From Bugula neritina (taxonomy: Eukaryota > Animalia > Bryozoa), in contig OZ037771.1 in assembly GCA_964035545.1 (NCBI GenBank), forward strand, positions 5,551,190 through 5,615,189: DNA of 64,000 bases. Direction: 5' to 3'. The notes beneath the pieces were generated by a model that ran no database searches, was not told where the DNA came from, and was given only the letters and a program-made list of their open reading frames with translations. How positions within the stretch are numbered: position 1 is the stretch's first letter; the number at the start of each line of letters is the position of its first letter. This document shows positions 25,193 through 39,225 of this stretch, in pieces. Both the position numbers and the translations under genes were made by a program.

Positions 25193-26757
25193 TAGGGTTA
25201 AGTTTCTCCTTTTTTATTAGTTTCATGTTTTTCAGTACTTTTTTTACTAGTACTTGTCATTTTTGTTATTTATTACTATTTAATTCACTATTTCTATAAA
25301 TCTATATCAATTATATATGTACTAAATACTGATATTTCAGCACTAGTATAGGGTTACTAGACATGATAACCAGTTTTTCTTCTGAGTGTTTAGATTTGGA
25401 ACAATTAGTCAAGGTGGCACGTGGCATGACTCATTGATGATCGAAGTCACAGTAGCACCTCAAGGGTGTATTATACAAAAAGGTTGCTTTGATTCAAGTA
25501 GCTCAATATTACTAGCATTATTATTGGTGTCAATGCAAATAATAACTGTTTACTATGCTACCTCTTTAGTGACAAGAATAGCTGCAATGACAATATGGGC
25601 GGTTTTCTAACGTTTTCATTATAGTAACCAGCAATGATAGTAAGCGGTATTTTTTACCATTTGATAAAGAGTTGAACGAGTTTTATGAAAATGGTTTTAC
25701 ATTTATTGATTAGTCTTTGAATTTAAAGATCTCAAGCTGTCACTAATACGCATGTAGAAACCATCAATTAAATGGTCTGGGCTGGAAAATATTTTTTGGA
25801 TAGTGGAACTTAACCCTCAGTCCCACATCTTACCAATGGGTGGGTGGGGGGGGGGGTCCGATTGGATCCCAGAGGGTATTTGGTATTGTGGAACATGTAC
25901 TATTTTTATCAGTATGTAAGAGAATGCCCTTGAGTCTAATGAGTATGGGTATACCACTTATTTGTCAGTGAACATAATATGGGTGCAACAATCTTACAAT
26001 CATGTTATATTTGATCTTATTCTGTTAACTTGGAGTTATCCTTTCCTGATATTGTAGCTGTTCAATGTACATGCAGTTTTGAACCTAATAGTTATTTCTA
26101 GATTAGATTGCAAAGCTACACAGCTTTGAACGTTTTGCTAAGACTTAGAAAGATATTATTAGTTAGCACACAGAGTTTTTCACTTTTAGTTTGCTAAAGC
26201 CTTACAAATTCTGATATATTGAACTAAAGTAAGTATTGTACTAAATAGATACAAATTTGCCATGATTTTAAGATTACCTCCCTTGTTCCACAAGAGAAGT
26301 AATTTTTAAACTAACATACGTACAACAGAACATAATTGATATCACATATGCAACTGAATTATATGTTTGAGATTACACTTGCAGCTATCAAAAATGTTGA
26401 AGATACAATGCATGATAATTATATAGGCAGACACATGCTGACTTGCATATTATTATTAAAAGCATAAATAATTGTTTCACAATACAAATAGCATAACCAT
26501 GTAATTGGCAAACACTTCAACATTGTTAATATTGATAATGGCTATAATTCTAGTTATAGCATGTCAATATGTATAACTGGCTTGTTCAAAATAGATGAGA
26601 ATTTAGTAACATGCATTGATCTCAGCTTATGTTCTTGGTTGACAGACGTAAAAAATATCTCAAACCCAAATATTTGCAGTTTTTAAATATTTCAGCGAAT
26701 TAAAATTTTGCATAAAGTTAATTACTTCATTATCTGATTTTTAAATTAAATCCAATT

Positions 26758-29700
26758 TTAGACCTCAGATGAACGGTTACTCAGTGTTTCAACAAGTGTT
26801 TTGATAAACCCCTCCCTGTTGTGACTACCAGCAGAGGTACTGCACACACCCACAGGCCATTCCAGATGCTTCTTGTCCATAATCAGTCTTGTGAGAAGTT
26901 TAGGGAGATGATCCAGTTGGGAGACAGAACTGATACCAACTGTGACTACAAGTAGCTCACTTGCTGGCTTCAGTTTAATCAATTCAAACTCAAATTTAGT
27001 CACATCATCCTTCATGTAGTCTGGTGTGACAAATATGACACTTTTCCCACTCTGAGCTATGAGCTTGGCTGTTGCCAATCTTGACATTTCACCTGGCAAA
27101 GTGTTTATTTCACTTGAGGTGATGGTAATATTAAAACATTTGATCTCACTCAGCAACTCTAAAACAAAGAAAACACGTCAGATTAGTAGAAGTGTCCCTG
27201 AATGCTTCAGTTTAATGAGTGACATGAGCGCTTTTTGAATTAGAATTTGCCCTCTATGCAACTATATTGTACATTTTAAATGAAGATTTTTACTAAACAG
27301 AATACATGAAATAATTACCAATCAATTTAGGCGTGAAGTCATTTGTGTGACTGGCAAATGCCTTACATTCTTCTTTAAGAATTTTGCTTTGGTAAAACCG
27401 AAGTAATAAATTGGGCCAACTAAAATATATCATTGCGATTAGGAAGAGTATCAGAGCTGCAGCAATTGCTGTAGCAACACCGATTGTAACTAGCTGTTCT
27501 GATTGTTCACCAGAAGAGTCTGTGCTGGTACTAACAGTTAGTGAGTCATAGTAATCACTGATTGTCATATCTAATCCGTAGCAATAAAACTGAGAATCAC
27601 AATTAACAGACGGAGATGTTAGCAGCCAGTGGATATAATTAACGTGAGACTCATTGTTGGAGCATAGGACAGTGTTTCCTGTGAGATCAACAACAAAATT
27701 GTTATTCAATGATTGATTGTCAAATTCATTTCGAAATTCTTCTTCAATGTAGTGAATGCTGTTGTTTATTAAGTTAAGGTAATTAAGTTTAAGGTTTTTA
27801 GAGATGGTCAGGTTCCAACTAAGAAGTACATTGCCATGGAGATCAAGATGGGTTAAGTTTGGTTGATGAGAGAAGAAGTTAAAGTCTGAGAAATACAAAA
27901 TTCCTCCTTCCTGATTTCCAAAGTGAAGCTCTTCTAAAGTTGGAGCACCTCCTAAAAGCTCTCCAGTTACATCGTTTCTTAATTTTTCACCAAATTTATT
28001 TTTAGTCAGCACTAAAGTTTTGACTGGGAAGTTAGTCAGAAAGTCACGAGACCACCCAACAATACTGCAGTCAACACAAACCAGTTTGGAAAGATATTTA
28101 TATCCAGTAATATTGCGGCATGATACAAATCCAACTTGAGAGTATGACAGAGTTATGGTTTCAAGATTATTGAGATACATTTTAGCGTAAGAGCATAGTG
28201 GAATTGGTACATTTTTTTGGACATCTTCAGACAAGATGAAATCGTTATAATCAATAGCTAAAGTTGTCAGATGTGCAGGGACAAAGTGAAAATTAATTCT
28301 TTCTCTGTTTAGCAATGTATGAACAACACGATCCCAGTAATACCTTACTGTAAAGTTTACAGCTTTATCTGACACATAATCGATTCCTTGTGTTCTGATA
28401 TAATCTCTAGCATAGTTGATCACATTTACTCGATTTAAACATAACAATGAACATTTCCTTTGAAGATGGTGCATAAGTTGATTGAAAACATGGATGTCAA
28501 CTATGTCAGGATTGTGAGTTACATTCCAATCAAACCCATCTTCAGTGAACAAATAACTATCTTGGTTACAATCAAGAAGATCTGGGTAGTAGTCGTGTCC
28601 ATTGCATGAATAATCTTTAGTCATACCGCGAAATGCAATGTAGCGAATGAAAGGGGTCTGCAGTTCTGTGTTGTAGAACAATGCTTTGACAGATGATGGT
28701 AGCTTTTGACCTTCTGCATTACTCGATACTTGCAGAGAAGAATGGTTTAACTCATTCTGACTAATATCCAGATATAGCAGTCCTTGACAGTACTCTCGCA
28801 AGTTTAGGGTTTCTGGAGTTTGTATGTGGTTCGCTTGCATGGACAAAACTTGTAGTGGAATTGTAGAAAAGGGTCTGATGTCATCATTGCTGACTCCCCA
28901 CCAGCAGAAATCTGTATTCTTTTCTGGAATGTTTATATGGTCAAGTAAAAGTGTGTGGAGCTTACTGTTTGCTATCCCGTTAACAATTTCAGAGAAGTGT
29001 TCTTTTAACGGATTACAGGAAAGGTCAAGTCTTAGTAGAGAATTTGTAAAAATTTTTAGGAATTCTTGATTAATACTATTTACACGACAATTTCTGGCAG
29101 AAAAACGTTTCAAGGGCAAACTTGAAAAAGGCAGCATTGAGATGTCGGTCAACTCTGGAGTATCACAGTCAGACCCACCTACAAAAAAATATTATTAATT
29201 AAATTACTTGTTTAGAAAATACTTAGACCAGTATAAAAAAGCAGCTACTCATTCTAAACAATGTGGTAAAGGTAATAATTGGCTATAGCTGTCAGGTACA
29301 CTCAGACCGCCGTTATAATTATTTCCTGAGTAAAACACGGGAGAATATTTTGATAAAGAATCTAGAAATTTAGAAAATTTTGATTTGTGCTAATCATTAC
29401 ACCACGGGAACCACTGGTAAATTTAACACTATACTTTTGATTTTATTTATTATTGTGACATATTGTTGTGTAACATAAATGCAAAACAGCAAAGCAATAC
29501 TTTAGCAATATTTCTGTATTGCTAAGAAAAACTCAATTTAACTTTGTTTTACAAAAATAAACTTTTCCACGGCTTAAACTAATGACACAGAAAAATAAAC
29601 ATATCTCTAAGTTAATTACTGAACATTTTTTATGATCACACTCAATCAGGAATATTTCCTTGAGCATGACTAATATTAGCACCATGTTACCTATAGCATA

Positions 29701-31549
29701 TCCTCATAGCAACTTAATATATATTTTAATTTTAGACTTATCTATTTCAACATTTTGTGTTTATTGTCCATATAAGGCAGTGTACGCTTTTTTACATCAA
29801 CTGACACTAAACACATAAATTTAGGTTACTCACCAATGCTCAATGTGTGTAGTCTGTGAAATTCTGTAAACACTATGCTAAATGCTGGGGTTCCAATTAA
29901 ATAAAGCTCTTCTAGTGAGTTGTTGAGAGGAGCCAAGGCTGAATAATCAAACCCCTGAGCAGGTTTGTGGCCATCTTTCTGTTTCAGTCTACAAGTTGGG
30001 CAAACACAGTTCACACAAAGTAATTAACTGTAATGGCCATGAAAAGTTTGGCGGAAGTCTGAATTTTGGAGATTATACCAGTAATTTTTAATAAAATTTA
30101 ACTGGTTCTCCCTTGCAATAAAATAAGCTTATTAATGTTTTTATTCTCTTACTAAAAGAACATGACTTAATATGTATTTTACAGAAACACATCTGCATCA
30201 TTAGGATCAGAAATTTCAATTTATGCTGCAATTTATATGCATGCATTTTATAGACAGTTTAAGCTGAGTTATTTTAAAGCGTATAATTTTCCTACAGTTG
30301 ACATTTTGTAAGAAAAACAAAATAATAAGCTCAATTAGTACTACAATATCTTAATTTTGCTTAAATGTAACTTATGTTTTTTCTCTAAATATAGGAATTT
30401 TTAATACTCTTTTTATTCTACTTGCCGCCATTGATTTAATGAAATTGTTTGCTATAAAATATGTACCTGAGTGTCTTCAGAGTTGTCAGTCCTCTGAATG
30501 AGTCTCTACTGATAGTTTCATTAGAAAGTAGAATATTGTTGAAAGAGATGTTAAGATGTAAGAGTCGTGTATTGGAGGCAAATACGAAGGGACCAATGAA
30601 TGAAATCTTGTTGTAAGAGAGATCAAGAGACTCAAGGTCAGTGAAAGGTGAAAGGTCAGGTATGCTGTCGAGGTAATTGCGATTAAGTTTGAGTACTCTG
30701 ATACCAGTAGTATTGAGAGTTGGTGGTACAGAGAACTGTGTTATTTGACTATCACTACAGTCTATGACACCAGGTATATCACAGGTACATCTCTCTATCT
30801 CACAGGGTTTTCCACACTGTCTTCTTTCAACAAACTATAAAATAATGATGTGAATATGATAATTTTAGTTACCTTAGGTGGTACATAATAAAAAAAGCAA
30901 AAATAGTTTTAGAATTTGGCATAAAATTTATGTTCATGCCTGACCCTTTCTCAGATTTATTACTATTCATTGAAATTTTTGCTTCCTTGTACTTCATTGA
31001 AATACGTAATCTGTGTAACCATAGAAACAGTATTTTACTCGCAGCCAACTTTTAAACACGTTTCCAAAGACTTTTGGTTCAGGTGTATGAGTTTCAAAAC
31101 ACAGTTTAATTGTTTGTATTAAACAAAGATATTGCATCATATGTTACAAAGCTGTAATATTCTAGTGTTTTACCATTAATTTATCTTACGCAAACATGCA
31201 AAAAAGGTAAAATTAAGATATCTAAATGGTTTATTACAGTAAATATTATAATCACCAGTAATTCAACCTTCAATAATTTGGAAATTCTAATCAAAAGTGT
31301 TAATGGTGGTGCAATTGAGTCTTCAAATTGATATTAACTGGTTGAAGGAAAAGGAATATAAAGAATCAACTATTTATCTACTTGTGAACTTTTTACATTT
31401 ATATAGACTAGCATTTATTGGTAATACCTAAGGTATACGTTACTTCTATATAGTTAATTCATCTAATTGGATTGTTTTCTTCACTCAGTAGTTGAGAGTA
31501 GTTTTACTTTTTGTTGAGTTTACACCACACACACACACACACACACACA

Positions 31550-31581
<32 letters not shown>

Positions 31582-32072
31582 TGCACGCACGCACGCATAA
31601 CACTACACACACATACACGCATAACACTACACACACACACGCATAACACTAAGCACTGAGCACACGCACACACGCACACACGCACACACGCACACACGCA
31701 CACACGCACACACGCACACACGCACACACGCACACACGCACACACGCACACACGCACACACGCACACACGCACACACGCACACACAAATACATTATATAC
31801 ACAAGCACACAGATGCAGTAAAATAACATACTAAATTTTTTAAGTGCACAGATATAGTAGCTCTAAATAATAACGCAGGTACTGCAGGTATTTAGGCAAA
31901 CACTGCTGCTAGCCATGAAGGAGAGAATACATAAATTTATCTAATATCTAGCTTTTTCTCACACTATATATATAGTACTTGAACTTACCTGGCTATGTAC
32001 TCCACAAATATTACAAAGTAAAAACAGCAACAATGTATATGCATAGCACATTCTGTAAGCACAGCCACCCAT
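26758..32072 (-). CDS. Toll-like receptor copy 2, ~955 aa; exons 32072-31989, 30834-30467, 29988-29834, 29178-27319, 27158-26758
   Basis: Exon sizes 84/368/155/1860/401 with the same phases as copy 1; open frame; LRR-TM-TIR. Confidence 0.92.
31521..31787 (+). repeat. Compound (CA)n/(CACG)n/(CACACACG)n microsatellite in TLR2 intron 1
   Basis: Directly visible. Confidence 0.95.
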
Positions 32073-34843
32073 GGTGACAGCTAGTTGATAAATGATAAGC
32101 ATGTGTTCATAGTTTAGCCATATGGCTGTCTAAATAGCTTAAGCATCTGTTTCCTTGTTTCCTTGTTAAAATAACTGCTATTTATTAGTGAGAAACTGGT
32201 TTTGCTTTATCAAAAAATATTCAATAAGAGTTTCATTGGATCAAAACCAGATACACTGCTTTAGCTACTCCTTATCGTGGTTGCTATACTGTCTTTTTTG
32301 ATGTTTATTATGCAGTTATATTATAGCAACCACAATATAGATTAGACAGCATAATAATAAAGGACTGTATTTATTCAAACGCAAGAATGTGACAAGTAAA
32401 ACTTTGAGATGCAACTGCAAAAAGGTTAGCTAGTTAGCTGCTCTAGTTTAAATATAAATTGCTGCTGTAGCTATAGCATTCATATTATCATATAGTGATA
32501 CCAAACAAGATCTCTATACACTGTATGATTTTACACTTTTAATACGATTCAGTAAGTAGTAATTTTTACTGCATTATCAATAACGTCATCGTCTGAATAA
32601 CAAGCAAACGACTATCAGTTTGCAATATATTATAATATAGTATAATATATATTTTGCTTATAACACCAATTTACAATATCATCATTTAACAATAAATTGA
32701 AGAATAGAAGCTGATAAGACCAAACTCATATAATAAGTGTTGAAGCAATGACATGGCTGTTGCCAAAGGCATTAAAAACGAGTTTCAGAAATTAACAGCG
32801 CCGTTTAAAACCATACTTTTCCTTTATTTGAATGCTAAAACAGCACTAATTAAAAATGTACTTTATTTAAAATTAGTTTTTATTACGAGATAATATTCTT
32901 TTTGAAATATAGGAAACATTTAAAGCAAAAATTTTATAATATGCAGTTATCCTCAAGCATGATATTGTCATTTCTAAAATTAGGTATGATTTTAGCGTAT
33001 AAATAAATGGATACAATTTGAGCTTATTTGTCAACAACAATAATTATTTTTGATTGATTTTGCAAAAATAGTTGCACTCTACTTTAATTATTCTGGGAGA
33101 TTTAACAATTTCCTTCAAACCCATGACTGCAGATGCAGTAAATGATTATTGTATAAACAGAGCTAGTGGTTGTTAGCATCATGTATTACGATATGTTAAA
33201 CTTACATGACCTTAAATATAGACAATTAGACAATAGCTGTAATGCAGTACAAATAATATTACTCCGACTACTTGCCAAGAAGCAGTTATACTGGAAGTCT
33301 GTGAACAAGTAAATCAAAGCCTTTGCAACTTAGTGATGTATGAATAATACATTCGCTATCAAATTACTGTATATAGTAGATACTGTCAAATAAAACATGG
33401 GAGACAACTGGCAATCTACTGTAAAAAAGTCAAATATGCTGCTAAAGGTTTTTCTCAAATCTATGAGCTATATAGATTTGAGATTATTAGTATCAGTGCA
33501 ATACTTCAATTTATGCACTGATACTAATAATTGCAAAATGGCTGTTCACTGTTGTGTATAAGTTTGATAATAAATCTGCCTACTTGAATGCTGTTATAGG
33601 TAAAAAAACATTTACGTAAAATAACCACCAGGAAAAAAACCATTGCCAGCTTTTGACAAACGTATGACTATAATCACCTCTTTGAATTATTTTGTCAAGG
33701 GAAAATGAATATAATTAATATATAGTTTTTGAAGAAATAGAAACAGTTTCTTAAGCTAAAACCTATGATACGCAGCCGAGTAAAATGAACTTTTAACGAA
33801 AACCGATCCCACTAAATATTGCATATCAAGCAGCAAAAAATTGTAACTATACCTACAATGGATCAGTTATCAAAAGCTATGGATAATAATTTTAGTATTG
33901 CTGTGAAGGCTAGACAAGGAACTGTTTTCCAGTAACTATTATATAGTGGATCTATTTATAGATAATTGGTTAAGTAACAGATAACAATTGGGGTTAAAGT
34001 TCTTACAGAACACAATTTACGTTTCGTAATCTATTGTATTTCTAGGCTGATTGTTCACATCGCAAAGGTTTGAGGAAAAATATGGCTGTTTTTTAGCAAC
34101 ACACATAAACTTCTAACAGATCAAAAATATTTGTCTCCGACGTTTATAACTGCCAGCTGCAACAGACAGTTTCTAAAATTGAAAATGTTTCAATGTAGAC
34201 AGACTTATACACTGTAGATTATTTGTTGTTTTATCTTATAACAAAATGCATCTTGAATTGTGTGATTATCCAGATAACATGAGGTCTATAACTGTTATAT
34301 TATCTTGTTGTGAAATGCAAATTGAAAACATTTGAACTTTGCTAAAGTAAAAGAATTTAGAAATTAGGTCAAAAAGCAGATGAAAAATTAAGCTTTATAT
34401 TAACCACTAGCATAAAAGAGCAGCTACATAGAATAGCTGGCAAGAGGCACAGAAGTTGTATTCTTCATATTTAGGTACTCGAGTTATTTTAGCAACTAAT
34501 CATGCATTACATAAAAAAAAAAATTATAAACTAAGAAGAACAGGTTTTTTTGTAAACATAAATATTGTTACCATGGTCACGCCACTTGACAATTCTATAT
34601 AATTATAATATAGCAATAGAATAATAAATGAATTGATAACTGTTTCATAATGCATTCATTACTATTGTAGTATTATCACCAGTTTTAAATCTATACAAGT
34701 TATTATAATGTATAACTATTGCACTTTAGCAACACAGTCATGCGTGTCATTAAGTGCATTGTATACCAGAATATGCAGCTTGCAGTACATTACAGAGACT
34801 TACTACTTAACTTTTACATTAATATGTCTATTTATTCTCCAAG

Positions 34844-35568
34844 TTAAACTTTGCCTAGGGTGTTGAAGACACTTATAGGATCAAATCGTCTCATATTGTT
34901 GTAGTGGTGGTGAAAAGCACACAGTCTATATATAACATGATGACGGAAAACATAGAGAACTATAACAATGATAGCAGCTATTACAGAAAACAAAATGATT
35001 AAAATGAGGTTTTTCTGTAAAATATCTTTTGTCTCAGTAAAGCTAGAAAGTTTTTCAACTTCACTTGAGATAATTGATGTCGTCGGATTGTTGTAAAATA
35101 ATTGTTATCTTCCGTTGTTTTCAAAGTGATAATTGTTGTAGAGTCAGAACTTTTGCTCTTATAATCAAAGTTTTGTCACAAACTTTTTGAAAAAATTTTT
35201 AGATACAAAACAAAACTATTGTTTGGGGCTGAGTAGGGGCTGGGGCTTGGTGTGCCTGTAATAAACAGCTCCTCTAAAGATTTGTGTAGCGGATATAACT
35301 CCAAATAGGCATAGCCATGTGCTGGTGGGTAGTTCTGCTTCATTCTTTAACCACATGGTGCAACATGTGAGACAAATTGATTTTGTAGAGTGCTGTGGCT
35401 AGTCATTCTAAGACAGGTCAAGTAATATAGGTGCTGCTGCTGCTTATAGGAAAGGAGCAGCAGCAACTGGGTAGCAGTGCTTACTATTGCCGTAGATATG
35501 CCTACAGAGCAAAAGATCATGCTAAGCAGCACAATGTGCCTTATAGTCTGATTGGTGTTGCAACTCAT
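34844..35568 (-). pseudogene. Decayed TLR-like (LRR-TM, TIR-less) pseudogene
   Basis: 84-nt signal exon; exon-3 homolog (MKQN..PAHGYAYLELYPLHKSLEELFITGTP); Ser/Thr stalk; TM LILIILFSVIAAIIVIVLYVF-RHH; contains stops and a frameshift. Confidence 0.65.
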
Positions 35569-36489
35569 TAGGGTTAAGTTTCTCCTTTTTTATTAGTTTC
35601 ATGTTTTTTAGTACTTGTCATTTTTGTTATTGATTACTATTTAATTCACTATTTCTATAATCCTATAGCAATTATATGTACTGAATACTGGTATTTCGGC
35701 ACTACTATGAGTTATTAGACATAGCCAGTTTTTCTTCTGAGCGTTTATATTTGGGACCAGCCGAGGTGGCGCAGGCATAGCGATGATTCAAGATAACAGT
35801 AAAATCTCAGAGGTGCTTTGGCTACAGATTGCCAAGTTCTATTTTCATTTCAAGGTCATGTTACCTTATTTAGTAAACATAAGCAAATCACGGTCAAAAA
35901 TTAAAGTTTGCTGAAATTCATAAAAACTTACTATATGTTGGGTAATTCTATTCTAAATATAATGCATAGCAAAAACAGACTGCAACATTAAAAAGTGAAG
36001 TCATGTCATATGAGCTAAATACATACTATCTTATATACAGGCCGTAATGAAAAAAATCATTATGTTCTGTATATCCAAAATTTACTAAAAATTTGAGAAA
36101 AAGCATAAACAATTGAGCAAAATTAGAAAAAGATTCACTGATTGTTTGATTGCATTTGTTTGCATTTTAATAATTTAGGACAAAAGATTATATACATTAG
36201 CAAATAAATTGTGAAATATAGCTAAAACTAGACATATATCGAGTGTGTAGTGAATTAAGTAAAATGACCCTTTAACTATTATGTTTCATTATATATATAT
36301 ATATATTGCTGTAATTGTTATAATAGTCTGATTAAAAAATTGGTATTTGAAATTAAAGTTTGTTAGTTGAAAATTGAAATGTTTTTGTTTAGCAAAAGTT
36401 TTAGCATTCATAGCCTATAATCATAATTATACTAAAAAACTGAGAAAAAAGAAAAATATATTTGTTTTAGTGTTGGTAAAGTATAAGGT

Positions 36490-39225
36490 GACGCCCTCCG
36501 GAGCCTACTCTTAGGCCGGAGCTAGGAGGTATAGGACGCGGTGCTGCTTCAAATCATGCAAGCTTATCGCAGCAGACCACACTCCAGCACGCAGAAGATC
36601 CCACACTTCCTGATGCTCGGCAGGGGGACACGTGTTCTGGATCACCTGACGTACTATGTTCCGGCTCCCGAGTCCCCAGTACATGAGTACTTAGAAAAGT
36701 TGGTGGAGATCATGGAGCAAGCACATGATGCACTGTGAGAGAAGCAGTGGCAGATCTAGACGGATGACTCTGAGAAGCCGACTGTACTAAGTCGGGATCT
36801 GGGTCTGGATGGTGAGCTATCATAGGGAATGCGGACAGTCGGCTAAGCTTCAGCCCAAGTTTGCGGGTTCCTACTGTGTGGTGGAGGTGCAGACTAACCA
36901 CATGTATCATGCGAAATGCTATGGGCAGGTTTCAGTCTAGAGTGAGCAGCGCCTGAAGCCTTACCAGCCAGTCCAAACGCAGTAGGACAAGCTCCACCAA
37001 TCTTGGAGCTCAATCGCCAACCCAACACTCGAGGGAAAGTGACCCGACCCAGGGAGGTAGAGATCTCTGTTTGTAGGAGGCCGAAGCCTGACCCTGAGCT
37101 GGAGCCAACCCTCAACTTGACCATCTAGAGTAACAGGCCCCAGGGCCAGCACCCCCATTAGTGGAGGACATCCCCACTCCCATCCCCACCCACAACACCT
37201 GAAGAGCCACTGAGAGTACAAGAGCTAGTCACCCTGGAAGGAAGCCAGAGGACCAGGAAGCCACCTAGATATCTGGCTGATAGTACGCCAAGTACAGGCA
37301 ACTATCCCAATACCCTACTTGTTTCCTTGGCTTCATCTCCTGCCTCAGCTCCTGATTGCTTTAGTTTATCGGCAGCCGTACCTCCCGATAAGTGGGGGGA
37401 GTGTAAAGATTTGCGGACTAATTAGAAGCTACGCAACCCTCACACTACGCATTGCTACGCTAGCGTAGACACATAGTTAATTGTGATACGCTACGCTAAC
37501 TTCCATCCTTTGGCTAGTAATCATCCCCTGGAGCATTGACTAATGATCACCTGATCATTCTTTGTATTGCATCAGCTGTGCACTTATAAAATGACAATGA
37601 TGCGCCAGCCCCACGTTGCCTTACTCCCTGTTCACACATTGCCGTATCCTACGCCGTAACAGCAAATTTTCGTCATCTTTGATAACATTCGGGCTGAATT
37701 GTATTTTGGTATATGCTGCGGTGTTGATCAAGCAGTGCTTGATTAAAAAAATTATGGCGGGCTCCCATTGGGTAGAGTTGATCTGGTACTAAAATTAAAA
37801 GAATATTTTCGCTAGTTTATTTTAATCGCTTATTGTTGATTTAATTAACCAATTCAAAAGTTTTAAAGGATTAAAAAATCTTTATCCGGCTTGTTTGAAT
37901 TAAACTTGGCTTAAAAATCTAGTTTTCCCTTATCACAAAAGCACGCAAACCAAAAACTTGAAAATATTTATTATTCAAAGTAGTTTGCAAAATTATTTTA
38001 AGGACAAATATATTTAAAAAAGAGATTGTTTCTTTTTAATTGCTTTTATTTAGTCAATAGCGTTTGTAGCAAAATTAGCGCTAGCTTGCTCGGCTATTTT
38101 GGCTATATTACAAACGTACTAAGAAAAGCTTTCTACAGCACAGCTAGTGTTAACTAAAAGACCTCTGGCACTTGACAATAGTTGGTGCAAGAGTACTAGC
38201 GCTAATTTCACTACAGCATTTATATAACTTCTTTTGAAAAGAATGTTGCAAATAATTTGTGAATAGTATCCTAAGGCGTACAAGTCACCGCAGACAAAAA
38301 TTAGCCTCATTATGATTGGTCACAGCTCAACGTCACGCGTTTTACTTTTTGTCAATGTGTGAATGCCTGTTGACAAAACGTAACAGCGGTGCCATGTTGT
38401 TTGTGATGCTACGAGAGGGGGGGGGGGTTGAGTGGAGTCGGCTGAGTGGCTTGTGCTAAAGTTAGTAATTATGTAACATTTTTTTTGTGCCGTCTTTCTC
38501 ACTCCTATATTATTCATATGCAATAAACGCTATCTATAATACTGTGGTAAATATCAGAGTTATCCCCCTTGACACATTACTTACGGCTATTTTTCTAAAT
38601 ACTGTAGTTATAGCTAAGTCTGTGACGTAACTTTCTAATACATTAAATGCTATGGCTATTGTTAAGCTTTTAGCATAGTAAATAGTAAATCCCTTTTCCC
38701 CAATTACAAGTTACAATACGCATACACTTGGTTGAGTTCATTTTTTTATTCATGTAAACCAACAGTTGGACCGAGTTTGGCAGGTGGATGCCGACATTGG
38801 GTCTGTCGTTTACCGACATGATCAGTGTCGGTTACCGGCATGACGAATGTCGCCATTTTCTGCCGAATGTGGCCATTTTCTGCCGAATGTGGCCATTTTC
38901 TGCCGAATGTCGGCCCGCTGTCGGTGGAAGGTTCTAGAAGTCCTTTGTTCTACTAGTATAAAAGAACACGCATTTTCGAGCTTCAGTCACCTGAAGACTG
39001 GAGCCCGGACTAGATACATCTCATATACAATAAAGGATACTGTACACACACGAATTCAACACTCTCTCTTGTCTCTTAAATAACAAGGAGTTATTTTCTC
39101 TGCCTGATTTCATTCTATAACCCACAAAACTACTACAATACTCGCTACTCATGGGTTATTGATCTGCATCGCACCTAGTCTCAATTACCCACACACTGTG
39201 AACCCTATAATTCACAACAATAACA
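36490..39225 (+). mobile_element. 5'-truncated Ty3/Gypsy remnant: integrase C-terminus, PPT and interrupted 3' LTR (37402-39225)
   Basis: Decayed AYRS.PHSST..PHFLMLGR...KLQPKFAGSY (integrase end/GPY-F); PPT AAGTGGGGGGAG then TGTAAAG; TATAAAA at ~38957, AATAAA at ~39029, end ...AATAACA where TLR 3'-flank homology (cf. 18775) resumes. Confidence 0.8.
38844..38911 (+). repeat. 20-bp tandem repeat (CCGAATGT[CG]GCCATTTTCTG x3) in the LTR; second copy at ~52714-52782
   Basis: Directly visible. Confidence 0.85.

Noticed and set aside
28824-29069. Antisense ORFs over TLR exons (also 19171, 39962, 42038, 56496, 58570)
   Set aside because: Shadow frames of the TLR coding strand, repeated only because the genes are duplicated.
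31485-31829. Cys/Val- or His/Thr-rich ORFs (also 45451-45738, 62002-62410)
   Set aside because: Translations of (CA)n microsatellites inside TLR intron 1.
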